Below, piece after piece: positions 7,550 to 18,793 of a stretch of 63,437 nt of DNA. The DNA lies in contig CM097883.1 of NCBI GenBank assembly GCA_044892505.1, positions 380,060,564 to 380,124,000 on the forward strand, given 5' to 3'. Both the position numbers and the translations under genes were made by a program. Under the pieces are notes generated by a model. The model ran no database searches and was not told the DNA's origin. It saw nothing but the letters and a program-made list of their open reading frames with translations. Every line of letters begins with the position of its first letter. The first letter of the stretch is position 1. This stretch comes from Schmidtea nova. Taxonomy: Eukaryota.

Positions 7550-9758
7550 CGATCACTGCGACCCAACAGCGAGAATTTGATAATAGCACTAATTGCTATT
7601 TATGTAAAAAGCTTTTAAATACGCCTGTTAGGGATCACGACCATTTCACCGGTCTTTATATTGGAGCAGCCTGCTCAGAGTGCAACAAGTCCCGGCAAAT
7701 AAGACACTCTTTGCCCGTTATATTTCACAACTTGAAGGGCTACGATTTACACCACATTTTAAAATACGGCCTTTCAAAATATAACACGTGGAATATAAGT
7801 TGTATTCCCTTGACCAGCGAAAAGTCTTTAAGTCTTTTCGCGTACATCGATAGCCTGACTGTAAAATTTATCGACTCGTATCAGTTTGTAAGTGAGTCTC
7901 TAAATAACGCGGTAAAAACCCTTACTTCGTTACCTTTGACAAACTCGGAATTTCGCGGCACTATAGTCACGGCCAAGGGCATCTTTCAATACGACGCTGC
8001 CACTTCTTTAGAGGTTTTAAAATCTACATTGTGTTTACCACCCAAGTGGAAAGATATAACTGCTGTCGAGTATGCTGCTGCCCATAAAATATGGCAAGAA
8101 ACCTCATGTACATCACTGTACGATTACATGATGGTTTATTTAAAACTAGATGTGTTTTTGTTAGCTGACTATTTTCAGCAATTTCGAATTAAATCTATTA
8201 ATCATAACAGGCTTGAGCCTTTAAATTTTCTCGGAATTCCCGGCATGTCGTGGAGTTCCGCTTTATTAACTCTTGACTCTCCTATCGAGCTCCTCACCGA
8301 TATGGAGATGTATAACTTTTTCGAGGGCGGTATTCGCGGCGGACTTACGTTTGTCAATAAACATTATGTCAAGACGAGCCCGGATACCGCACTATTATAT
8401 ATTGACATAAATAATTTATATGGGTGGGCCTTAAGCCAACCCTTGCCATGTGGTAATTTTGAGTGGGTCACTGATGACCAATTATTAAATGAAATCGTTT
8501 GTCAGTGCTCATCGGAAAATCTCGATACACTTCATTATGGTTACACCATAGAAGTGGATTTGGAAATTCCGGCATCGATTCACGACAAACTGGATGATCT
8601 TCCAGTTGCCGCTGAAAAGATGTGTGCACCGGGATCCAAGGTTGAGAAGCTGTTGCTAACGCATCTTCCAAAGAAGAATTATGTTCTTCATTGGCGGCTT
8701 TTGCAACTATTTATTAAAATTGGTGTGAAGGTAACACACATACATCGCGAAATTAAATATAATCAAGAAAAAATCTTTTTTAATTATATAAACATAAACA
8801 CCAGTTTACGAGCGGCTGCTACTAACAAGCTCGACAAAAATTTTTACAAACTATTAAATAATAGTCTCTACGGCAAAACTGTAGAGAACTTAAAAAAAGA
8901 ATAAATTTAAGACTGTGTAACTCGGCACAAAAACTGCTGACTTACACGTCAAAAGCTAATTTTAAAAAAACTAACAAAATCGACAGTGACCTCATCTCCG
9001 TATTGCTTCAGAAGGAATCAGTATGTTTGGATAGACCCAGCTACATTGGACAAACCGTACTGGATTTATCCAAACTTCGTATGTACCAGCTGCAGTATGA
9101 AGAGTTACAAAAATATCGTAACGACTTCAACTGCGAAATTAACATCGTTGCTGGGGATACTGATTCCTTCTTCTTGGAAATCAAAAATCTGCCTTTGAAC
9201 ACTCTTTTGACCGCCATGATTCGCGATAGGCTTTTGGATACCTCTAATTACGACACTCATCATGCATTGTATAGTAGGACCCTTGATTCTGTGATTGGTA
9301 AATTTAAGGATGAGAATAAGGGTCTACTGTATGATGAGTGGGTTTTCTTAAGACCTAAATGTTATAGTTTGATGGGAGACGAGGCCTGCATGAAAGCCAA
9401 GGGGATCTGTTTAAAAGATGCAGGTCTCACTCATCAGTCTTACCTTGACTGTTTTTTAAACGACAAAATATACAATGTCCCCCAGTTCCGCATTACGAGC
9501 AAAAACCATCAGCTCTTTAGTATAAAAAGTAATAAGAGGGCCTTATCCTGTAGGGATGATAAGAGGAACTGGGTGGAAAAAAATAAAAGTTTTTTGTATG
9601 ACCACTATATGGGGGGTGACACCACTATATTTGTAGGTGATCGAGAGCCGCTTCAACAACAGCAACAACAACAGCTTCAACAACAGCTTCAACAACAACA
9701 ACAACAAGATGACCCCTACGATTTCTATGACCCGACGGCTCGGGATTATTTCGGATGA
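7546..9758 (+). pseudogene. polB: Protein-primed family B DNA polymerase with an endonuclease-VII-like His-Me finger; N-truncated, one frameshift at about 8890-8900
   Basis: CYLC..RDHDHFTG..AACSECN; exonuclease motifs FHNLKGYD, FIDS and YLKLDV; IRGG; motif A DINNLYG; motif B KLLNNSLYGK; motif C GDTDS. ORFs 7546-8904 and 9003-9758 join if one A is added to the A-run near 8890-8897. Confidence 0.93.
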
Positions 9759-11431
9759 TGGCAAGAATGCTGATGACAAGGAGGAGAAAGATGATAAGAA
9801 TGACATGGAAAAAATAAAAACCAAAAAAAAAAAGAAAATCAAAAACCAAAAAGATATGAGAATGAACAATCGGCCCTCTTCAGGGCCACAATTTATGATT
9901 GTATTACAAATAATAAAAAGTTTTAGAAAATTTAGCTCACCGAAAACAGAAAAGAAAACAGAACGCAAAAAAAAAAAAAAAAATAAAAAAATAAAAGATT
10001 GAGAAAACCGAAAACTGAAAGGAAACCAATATTGATAATTAACCGAAAATGAAAAGAAACAAATTATGAAAAGAAACAAATTATGAAAATAAAACGAAAA
10101 TGAAAATAAACCGAAAAGATAAAAGAAAACAGAAAACAGAAAACAGATTGTGCACGAAATAATGGCCCTCTTTAGGGCCAATACATTTTGATTGTAATAA
10201 ATTGCGCAATCAATTAAAACTAATGAATTATTTTTATGTTATTTTTTTATATGTTATTATTTTTACTTTTTTATAAGTTCTTTTTATAAGTTCTTTTTAT
10301 NNNNNNNNNNNNNNNNNNNNNNNNNNNNNNNNNNNNNNNNNNNNNNNNNNNNNNNNNNNNNNNNNNNNNNNNNNNNNNNNNNNNNNNNNNNNNNNNNNNN
10401 NNNNNNNNNNNNNNNNNNNNNNNNNNNNNNNNNNNNNNNNNNNNNNNNNNNNNNNNNNNNNNNNNNNNNNNNNNNNNNNNNNNNNNNNNNNNNNNNNNNN
10501 NNNNNNNNNNNNNNNNNNNNNNNNNNNNNNNNNNNNNNNNNNNNNNNNNNNNNNNNNNNNNNNNNNNNNNNNNNNNNNNNNNNNNNNNNNNNNNNNNNNN
10601 NNNNNNNNNNNNNNNNNNNNNNNNNNNNNNNNNNNNNNNNNNNNNNNNNNNNNNNNNNNNNNNNNNNNNNNNNNNNNNNNNNNNNNNNNNNNNNNNNNNN
10701 NNNNNNNNNNNNNNNNNNNNNNNNNNNNNNNNNNNNNNNNNNNNNNNNNNNNNNNNNNNNNNNNNNNNNNNNNNNNNNNNNNNNTATTACAAGTATTTAT
10801 AATAATTATTATTATAATTATTATTAATATTATCATTAATATTAATATTATTATTACAAGTAATTATAGNNNNNNNNNNNNNNNNNNNNNNNNNNNNNNN
10901 NNNNNNNNNNNNNNNNNNNNNNNNNNNNNNNNNNNNNNNNNNNNNNNNNNNNNNNNNNNNNNNNNNNNNNNNNNNNNNNNNNNNNNNNNNNNNNNNNNNN
11001 NNNNNNNNNNNNNNNNNNNNNNNNNNNNNNNNNNNNNNNNNNNNNNNNNNNNNNNNNNNNNNNNNNNNNNNNNNNNNNNNNNNNNNNNNNNNNNNNNNNN
11101 NNNNNNNNNNNNNNNNNNNNNNNNNNNNNNNNNNNNNNNNNNNNNNNNNNNNNNNNNNNNNNNNNNNNNNNNNNNNNNNNNNNNNNNNNNNNNNNNNNNN
11201 NNNNNNNNNNNNNNNNNNNNNNNNNNNNNNNNNNNNNNNNNNNNNNNNNNNNNNNNNNNNNNNNNNNNNNNNNNNNNNNNNNNNNNNNNNNNNNNNNNNN
11301 NNNNNNNNNNNNNNNNNNNNNNNNNNNNNNNNNNNNNNNNNNNNNNNNNNNNNNNNNNNNNNNNNNNNNNNNNNNNNNNNNNNNNNNNNNNNNNNNNNNN
11401 NNNNNNNNNNNNNNNNNNNNNNNNNNNNNNN

Positions 11432-12597
11432 ACAACAATATATTTATAAATAAATTTTATTTTGGCTTTTTAATGTCTTTGTTTATGTTGCACATGTGTT
11501 GCAAAGTGTTGCATGTGTGTTGCAATGTCTTTGTTTAGTTTGCATGCATGTTGCAAAGTCCTTGTTTAGTTTGCATGTGTATTGCAAAGTCCTTGTTCAT
11601 GTTGCACGCGTGTTGCAAAGTCCTTGCACGTGTGTTGCAATGTCTTTGTTAACTTGCACGCGTGTTGCAAAGTCTTTTTTTAGTTTGAAAAATTATAATT
11701 TGTGAAATAATTAATTGAATAAATAACAACATTAGTAGCAGAACATTGCGATCAGAACCCTGGAAGCAGAACCCTGAAAGCAGAACCTCTTCTGTGATGG
11801 TTTTGATGTGCAAAAGCTTCATACTTGACAAATACTAATTAATTAAACATGCACACATACAACAATGTCTTTGTTTAGTTTGCACACCTGTTGCAAATAT
11901 TTTTGATGACTCTAATTTTGTGTTATAAAAAATTTGTCTTAAATAAAAAAATTTTTGTAAAAAAAATAATTGGTGTTAAAAAAAATGTCAAAAAAAATTT
12001 GTCAAAAAAAATTTGTGTTAAAAAAAAATGTCTTCAAAAATTTGTCTAAAAAAAAATTGTGTTAAAAAAATTTGTCTTAAAAAAAATTTGTGTTAAAAAA
12101 AAATTTGGCTAAAAAAATTTGTCTAAAAAAAAAATTTGTATTATAAAAAAATTGTCTTGAAAAATTTGGCTAAAAAAATTTGTCTAAAAAAAAAATTTAA
12201 AAATTTTTTGGCGCGAAAAAAAAAATTTGAAAAAAAAATTTTGGCGCGAAAAAAAAATTTGAAAAAAATTTTTTGGCGCGAAAAAAAAATTTGAAAAAAA
12301 TTTGTCTAAAAAAAAAAATTTGAAAAAAATTTTTGGCGCGAAAAAAAAATTTGAAAAAAAATTTTTGGCGCGAAAAAAAATTTGAAAAAAAAAGTATGAA
12401 TCATCGATGACTCATCAAAAAAAGTTTGACTCATCGATGACTCATCGATGACTCATCGAAAAAAATTATGACTCATCGATGACTCATCGATGACTTATCA
12501 AAAAAAATTCTACCCCCCGGGGGGGTCTTTGTTCTTTTTTTTCCGGCCACGCATGAGTCATAATGTCTTTGTTCCCGGCTCCTCACATCTACCTACT
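11432..12597. repeat. Right terminal inverted repeat (visible part)
   Basis: Mirror of 1249-3437. About 5 copies of the GGCGCGAAA unit versus about 30 on the left; 2 versus 6 copies of the 14-mer GGTTCTGCTTCCAG. Confidence 0.92.
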
Positions 12598-12662
12598 AGC
12601 ATCCCATTAATAAAATAATTTAGTTAATATAAGAAATAGTTAACGGGGTTTATCTTTTACAG

Positions 12663-13217
12663 GTGATGTAAATTTCATAAATGTCGTCAAAGAATCCGAT
12701 AATTATCTGTACTTCTTTGGCCACGAAATTAATAACCAGTACGGACTGAATAATCAAGAGGATAGGCAAGCTTGGCAGGTAAGGCGCTCGTCTACGGGAT
12801 AATTGACAATATTTACAGAGTTTCATGCTGAGAATTTGCAAGAATGACAGTGGATTCAAGTATGAAATTCCAAAACCGGAAATTCAAATATATAAAAAAT
12901 ATCATGTAACTGACTCAGGCAGTAAGCTTAATTCTAATTCTATTTTTATTATCTTTTTAATTGTCTGGAATATTATTTGAACGCTTTATATTCCATGCTG
13001 TTTCCAATGGATACTTTATATTTAGGAGACACAAAATTCCTTCATGAAGATTTGGGCTACAATAAGGCTTGGTACGGAGAAACAGCCCATTTGCCAACAA
13101 AACATTTTACCACTCCATTAAAAATTAACTTCGGTTGTTATTTAGGAAAGAGACCTCGAGCTATCAGCGATAATCATTTTTGGGGACAGACAAATGTCAT
13201 TTATTTCAATCAATTAG
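12663..13217 (+). CDS. Three exons of the host semaphorin-like gene (12663-12778, 12819-12921, 13026-13217)
   Basis: The spliced frame gives DVNFINVVKESDNYLYFFGHE..SFMLRICKNDSG..HFTTPLKINFGC..IYFNQL. This matches the order of Sema motifs P.FV..YFFFRE, SRVARVCKND.G, WTSFLKARLNC and YFDEL. All introns are GT-AG with consistent phases. Confidence 0.8.
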
Positions 13218-13239
13218 GTAATCCATTAGTAATTTAATA

Positions 13240-13246
13240 ATAATTT

Positions 13247-13301
<55 letters not shown>

Positions 13302-13513
13302 TCATAATTATCTTTTTTCACCTTTGATCTTTTCTTATTATTATTATCAATAATTCTCATAATGACTATAGATCAAAATTTTTTTTTATAAACAATAACA
13401 CAATATTTCGGCACAGCCTTTATCAAATACACACTTGATAAAGGCTGTGCCGAAATATTGTGTTATTGTTTATAAAAAAAAATTTTGATCTATAGTCATT
13501 ATGAGAATTATTG

Positions 13514-13605
<92 letters not shown>

Positions 13606-13768
13606 CATATCATAATTATCTTTTTTTCACCTTTGATCTTTTTTATTATTATTATCAATAATTCCCATAATGATGACTATAGATCAAAATTGTTTTTTAT
13701 AAACAATAACACAATATTTCGGCACAGCCTTTATCAAGTGTGTATTTTGATCTATAGTCATCATTATG
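13240..13768. repeat. (AAT)n microsatellite-associated repeat of about 190 bp in inverted/tandem copies, forming a hairpin centred at 13427-13434
   Basis: CAATATTTCGGCACAGCCTTTATCAA-loop-TTGATAAAGGCTGTGCCGAAATATTG, with arms of about 90 bp. Partial copies at about 45270-45327 and 61185-61250. Confidence 0.8.
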
Positions 13769-13931
13769 NNNNNNNNNNNNNNNNNNNNNNNNNNNNNNNN
13801 NNNNNNNNNNNNNNNNNNNNNNNNNNNNNNNNNNNNNNNNNNNNNNNNNNNNNNNNNNNNNNNNNNNNNNNNNNNNNNNNNNNNNNNNNNNNNNNNNNNN
13901 NNNNNNNNNNNNNNNNNNNNNNNNNNNNNNN

Positions 13932-14374
13932 TTTTTGACAAAACGCAACAATGTTTCGAAGATTCTACTATCCAGAACAGCCCTTTCATTGGACAATGTC
14001 TTGAACATTACAAGAGGAGAGTGAGGATCAATCATAAAATTATTGTAAATTGCAAGACCAAACAATCTACCGATCACAGTAAACTGGGTTAAAATGTCAT
14101 CAAATATCATTTTGTTCACCCAGCAGAGTCTTGATTCAGGATACATTTCAAAGAGACCATAATCAAAGAGACCATAACTCTGCAACTGGCTAATGGTATC
14201 ACCTAGCAAATTATCTCTTCGTACAGTAGTATGAGAACTGCTTTGTGCTACGAAGCATGGTAAATCTTCTGACATTAAGCATTGAGCATCAATTTTCATC
14301 GACATAACATCACTATTGCTGTCATTGAAATAACCGTTGTAATGATTCTCTGAATTTCTTCCACATTCGATCAA
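13932..14374 (-). pseudogene. Second, internally deleted copy of the HECT fragment
   Basis: Same peptide as 15016-15639 without the RASQCHLK..VLNP segment. Confidence 0.8.
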
Positions 14375-15581
14375 GAACTAAATAGCCAACTTCCTAAATC
14401 CAAACCGAAACTAAAATTTCACTAATTCCACATCAAAAAATCCAAACTGAATTGATTGGTTTAAACAAATCTAAAATTCAACAATTACTCAAAATTCACT
14501 ATTCTAAAAAATCAATTCAATTCAATCTAAAAAAAACCAAACCCAAGAACTTACCGATTACACTCACACCAAAGGTGAGAAAAGGAACGCGCACACAGAC
14601 GCGATTAAGAAAATTATGAAACCCAAGCGGTAAAAATGCGCACACAGACGCGACACTACAAAAATATGAAATAACACGACAAAAAATAGCCAAAGTTTGC
14701 TCAGGCAAACTTTGGCTGAAACATTTTTTCATGTTGCCTGAACAAACTTTGGCTGTTTTGTTTTTGCTGCATGTATTTTTCAGTTTATAGCGTCTGTGTG
14801 CGCTACCACCAATTGATCAGCGTCTGTGTGCGCATTTTTTAATTGGAGTTATTTTGGATAGGTAAATTTGTAATTTGGAGTTTAATTGATTTTTTAGAAT
14901 AGTGAATTTTGAGTAATTGTTGAATTTTAGATTTGTTTAAACCAATCAATTCAGTTTTGGATTTTTTTTTGATGTGGAATTAGTGAAATTTTAGTTTCGG
15001 TTTGGATTTAGGAAGTTGGCTATTTTGTTCTTGATCGAATGTGGAAGAAATTCAGAGAATCATTACAACGGTTATTTCAATGACAGCAATAGTGATGTTA
15101 TGTCGATGAAAATTGATGCTCAATGCTTAATGTCAGAAGATTTACCATGCTTCGTAGCACAAAGCAGTTCTCATACTACTGTACGAAGAGACAATTTGCT
15201 AGGTGATACCATTAGCCAGTTGCAGCGTGCTTCTCAATGTCACCTTAAAAGGCCATTTAGAGTTAATCTCATTTGTGAAGATGCTTTAGATGAAGGCGGG
15301 GTAATGAAGGAATTGGTCTTGCTTGTTGTGCCTCAAGTTTTAAACCCCGATTATGGTCTCTTTGAAATGTATCCTGAATCAAGGCTTTGCTGGTTGAACA
15401 AAATGATATTTGATGATAATTTACCGCAGTTTAATGCAATCGGTAGATTGTTTGGTCTTGCAATTTACAATAATGTTATGATTGATCTTCACTCTCCTCT
15501 TGTAATGTTCAAAACATTGTCCAATGAAAAGGCTATGCTAGATAATAAAATCCTCGAAACATTGTTGCGTTTTGTCAAAAA
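13932..15581. mobile_element. Foldback (long inverted repeat) carrying a HECT E3 ligase fragment in both arms
   Basis: 13932-14530 is the reverse complement of 14870-15581, with SNPs and a deletion of about 120 bp in the left arm. The centre has smaller palindromes. Confidence 0.75.
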
Positions 15582-15584
15582 CAA

Positions 15585-15616
<32 letters not shown>

Positions 15617-15639
15617 ATAATAATAATATAAAATGGTGA
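15016..15639 (+). pseudogene. HECT-domain N-lobe fragment, HERC3/4-like
   Basis: VRRDNLLGDTISQL..LKRPFRVNLICEDALDEGGVMKEL..LNPDYGLF..GRLFGLAIYN. It lacks the catalytic C-lobe and runs into an (AAT)n tract. Confidence 0.85.
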
Positions 15640-15766
15640 TTCCTTGGTAGCAGCATTAAGTATTAAATTAATTAACAAATAAGTAAGCCTTTGCTGCAAA
15701 AACAATTTTATTAAGTGAGAAAATTTTCGATTATAAAATAATCCTATTCAATCGCAATCGTAACCG

Positions 15767-16460
15767 CATCCCATTAGGGCGCATCCGGACAATCTTTCAA
15801 CGGCTTCACTTGTCCGCTGCCCCCGTTTTAGCACCACTCTTTGGATATTTCGAACAACAGTGGAAGGTAAATATTCCTTTATAGATGTGGAATGTCTACC
15901 AAGTCAACCTTAGAATGAACAATCATTGTGAAGGTTGGTATAATCGCTTTAATCGTCTGGTTAACTCACATCACCCAAACATATGGCGTCTACTTACTTC
16001 AATTCGTGACGAACAGGCCAGTTTCTCACTAACTTGACTGCAAATTGCTGCAGGACAAGAAGTGGTACGTACAAACAAGAATTGGAAAAAACGCATAGAG
16101 AGTCTGACAGTATTGTATAACAACGGGAATATTGATGCCATTGAAACTGGTGTTAGTCATAATCTCAATCATTTTTGCCTGTAAAACTGTTTAAACAATA
16201 AATGTAGTATGTTAAACGTAGGACTACCACTTTAAATCATTATAAATTTAATAGCATTAAAATTTGCATCTTACTAATTTAGTTGATCATTTTTAAAACA
16301 TTGCAGGGGGCCCAGAATTTGAAGTTATGCCGCTGGTTGCGCTCTAACGGGATGCGCTCTAGTAAGATGCGCTCTAATGGGAGTAAAATATTTTTTGCGC
16401 TCTAGTAAGATGCGCTCTAATGGGAGTAAAATATTTTTTGCGCTCTAGTGAGACGTTGCT
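15767..16460 (+). mobile_element. Deleted Mutator-like (MULE) relic
   Basis: About 15830-16185 translates as LFGYFEQQW..MWNVY..RMNNHCEGWYNRFN..HHPNIWRL (MULE C-terminus, with stops). GCGCTCTA repeats on the right partly mirror CGCATCCCATTAGGGCGC on the left. Confidence 0.6.
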
Positions 16461-18793
16461 CGATTTCCATCAATTACATAATTTTCATTGTCGTGGCCTC
16501 CATATAACTACATACTTAAATTTTTCTTTTTTATGTCAAATAAACATTTTTCATTGTATCTGATGAAAGAAAATATACAATTCCTTTGCTATTTCATATA
16601 TAGTCCTAAATATACAAAGAGGTTTGACGTTCTTCAAAGATTTGACATTCTTCAAATACCTGACTTGAATTCTTTAATCAATTTATTTTCCTGATAAATT
16701 TCTTGCTTTCATATCGCAGTAATTCACCATTGAACCAAAGGAAAACTTAAATGGCATATTGAAGCTCCATTTGCTGTAAGACAGTTTTGCGTATTTATGC
16801 AATTTTGTGTCCAGGTCGAATAAAACTTTTTTTTAATGGACTAGTTATCACTGACAGTAAAATTTAAATTTTTTTGAAAAAAACACTTCCCTTTAAATTG
16901 AGATCTTATTTGAATTAAAGACCCCATCTAAAACAAATTTTATTTTCATGTTCCAGCTGACGTGGTTTTTGAACCTGATAGATCTATTAAATTTAAAACC
17001 CAGAACGAAAGTACCGAGTCGCCATGTCGAAGTGAATTTCATCGGCAAATTCCTTTGATAGGAATATTCAATCGGCCAGGAATATCTGCAACGAAAGCCT
17101 CTCCGATGGGATCTCTCTGTCAATTACAGTAACAATTATCTATTTGATAATTATTTGATATGTTGTATTAATATCTATAGAATAAATGGGAATATTCTCA
17201 ATGATGAAAACAAAGAAACACTTCCTTACCATAAATACAACTTTTTGGAGGCTCGCAATTCACACGAAGAAGTCCTTCTTCTTAATTTAATGAGTTCTTC
17301 AAATTTTTATAGTAGATCTTTTCACAGAATAAATGGGTACACATTGTATCCATACTGGAACCAAGGGGTTCTTATAGGGAAGAAAAGTGATAGTTATAAA
17401 AGAATTAAAGAGGTTGGTAAATGCAAGCAAGAATATGGAAATATGAACAAAGATGAATTTCTGGAATTACAAAACTATTCCAACACAGCCTGGCCAAATG
17501 AGCTCCCAAACAGAATGACTTCTCCTCTATCAGCCATTTGCCAATATTCCGCCGCAGAGGTAATATATTCAATTTTTGATTAATTAGCCTTTTTAAGCTT
17601 TACACTTTCAACGCGACGTTTTACCATGGAAATGTGGAGTTCAAAAAACTATTCATGTTAAAAGAGAATATCACAAATTATGCAATGTAAGTTTATTTCT
17701 TGTACGCATTTTCTAAAACAAATTTTCAAAATATTGTAAGTTTTGTCAAATAATTTTGGAAACATTTGAAAAATAAACTAGCAAGATAAGTAAAATTTGA
17801 CAATTTCTCCTATTCAAGTCTTAAGGTGAAAAATTATATTTATGTGTGTGTACTGATTATTATAAGTAATATATAAATTTTATAAAAATAATTTATTATA
17901 ATAATATTGAAATTAAATAATTTTTAAATTAAAAATTCAATTTGTCTGTATCATGGGAAGAGGGTGCTCGATCACTTGAAATAAAAAATTCTTTTCGTAC
18001 GAACTCCATTCGATATTAATATGAACTTTAGCAGTTGTTGAATGTAAATTAAGACAAATATTTTAATTGATAATTAAAGAAGCGTTTTTCATTTATGACG
18101 AATATAACTATTAATAAGATTATTATTATAGTCGTTTGCTAATACGTTTTAATCTAAATCAGATATTACCAAGCTTTTTTACCACTGGCCAACTAAAAAT
18201 TTTAAAAATTTGTATGGGTCTCATATAAGAAACGTATTAAATATGAACACTAGCTGATAAACACATAATAGCAACTGGTCAATTCTGATTGGTGTTCGTG
18301 AGAAGTGTGCATTTATTTGTATGTGTGTAGTTTTTTTATTTTTTTATTTGATATTCGGAAGTGAACCTGAAATAAATCACTTTTCTAGTGATAACTATTC
18401 CGAAATGGAAAAGTAATAACTATTTATCAACAACCATATACAAAATAACATAAATAAAACATAATAGATGTGTTATAAAAACGACAAAAGATAATTACTG
18501 TGAAAATATTTTAATGAGAAGTTTGGCATTGCTTTTTTGCAACTAGCTCACACGCAGCTTTCCAATAGTTCGTCATTTAGCCTTGATAGGTTGTTTCTTT
18601 TAATTAATAATTTTTCATGGCGGGAATTAATGGCTTACAAACAATAATCCTTCCAAAAAGTGTCATGATTTGCATTTCATGCATGACTAATCGTGGAGAA
18701 GTTTAGAAAACCATGTAAAATTGATAAAACCTTTGATAATCACATTCTAATATTTATTTCTCAAATCACTATTGTTGTGCAAATCTAAATTCT

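Larger units (their letters stand above)
1249..12597. mobile_element. Polinton/Maverick (adintovirus-like) element, probably internally deleted, carrying a TBP-like gene
   Basis: Starts AGTAGGTAGATGTG at 1249 and ends CACATCTACCTACT at 12597. Flanked by a 6-bp direct repeat AGCATC (1243-1248, 12598-12603). Long TIRs; contains pPolB and A32/FtsK-like ATPase ORFs. AG...CT termini, 6-bp TSD, pPolB and ATPase are established Polinton hallmarks. Confidence 0.93.

Noticed and set aside
9543-10181. 212-aa minus-strand hydrophobic ORF and overlapping 121-aa ORF
   Set aside because: Antisense to the poly-Gln tail of pPolB and to A-rich low-complexity DNA.
10297-11438. ORFs spanning N runs (also 13501-14092, 44539-44896, 54757-55248, 61738-62274)
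   Set aside because: Artefacts of assembly gaps and (AAT)n tracts.
17155-17583. 142-aa ORF as a semaphorin exon or separate gene
   Set aside because: No recognisable motif or convincing splice context; left unannotated.
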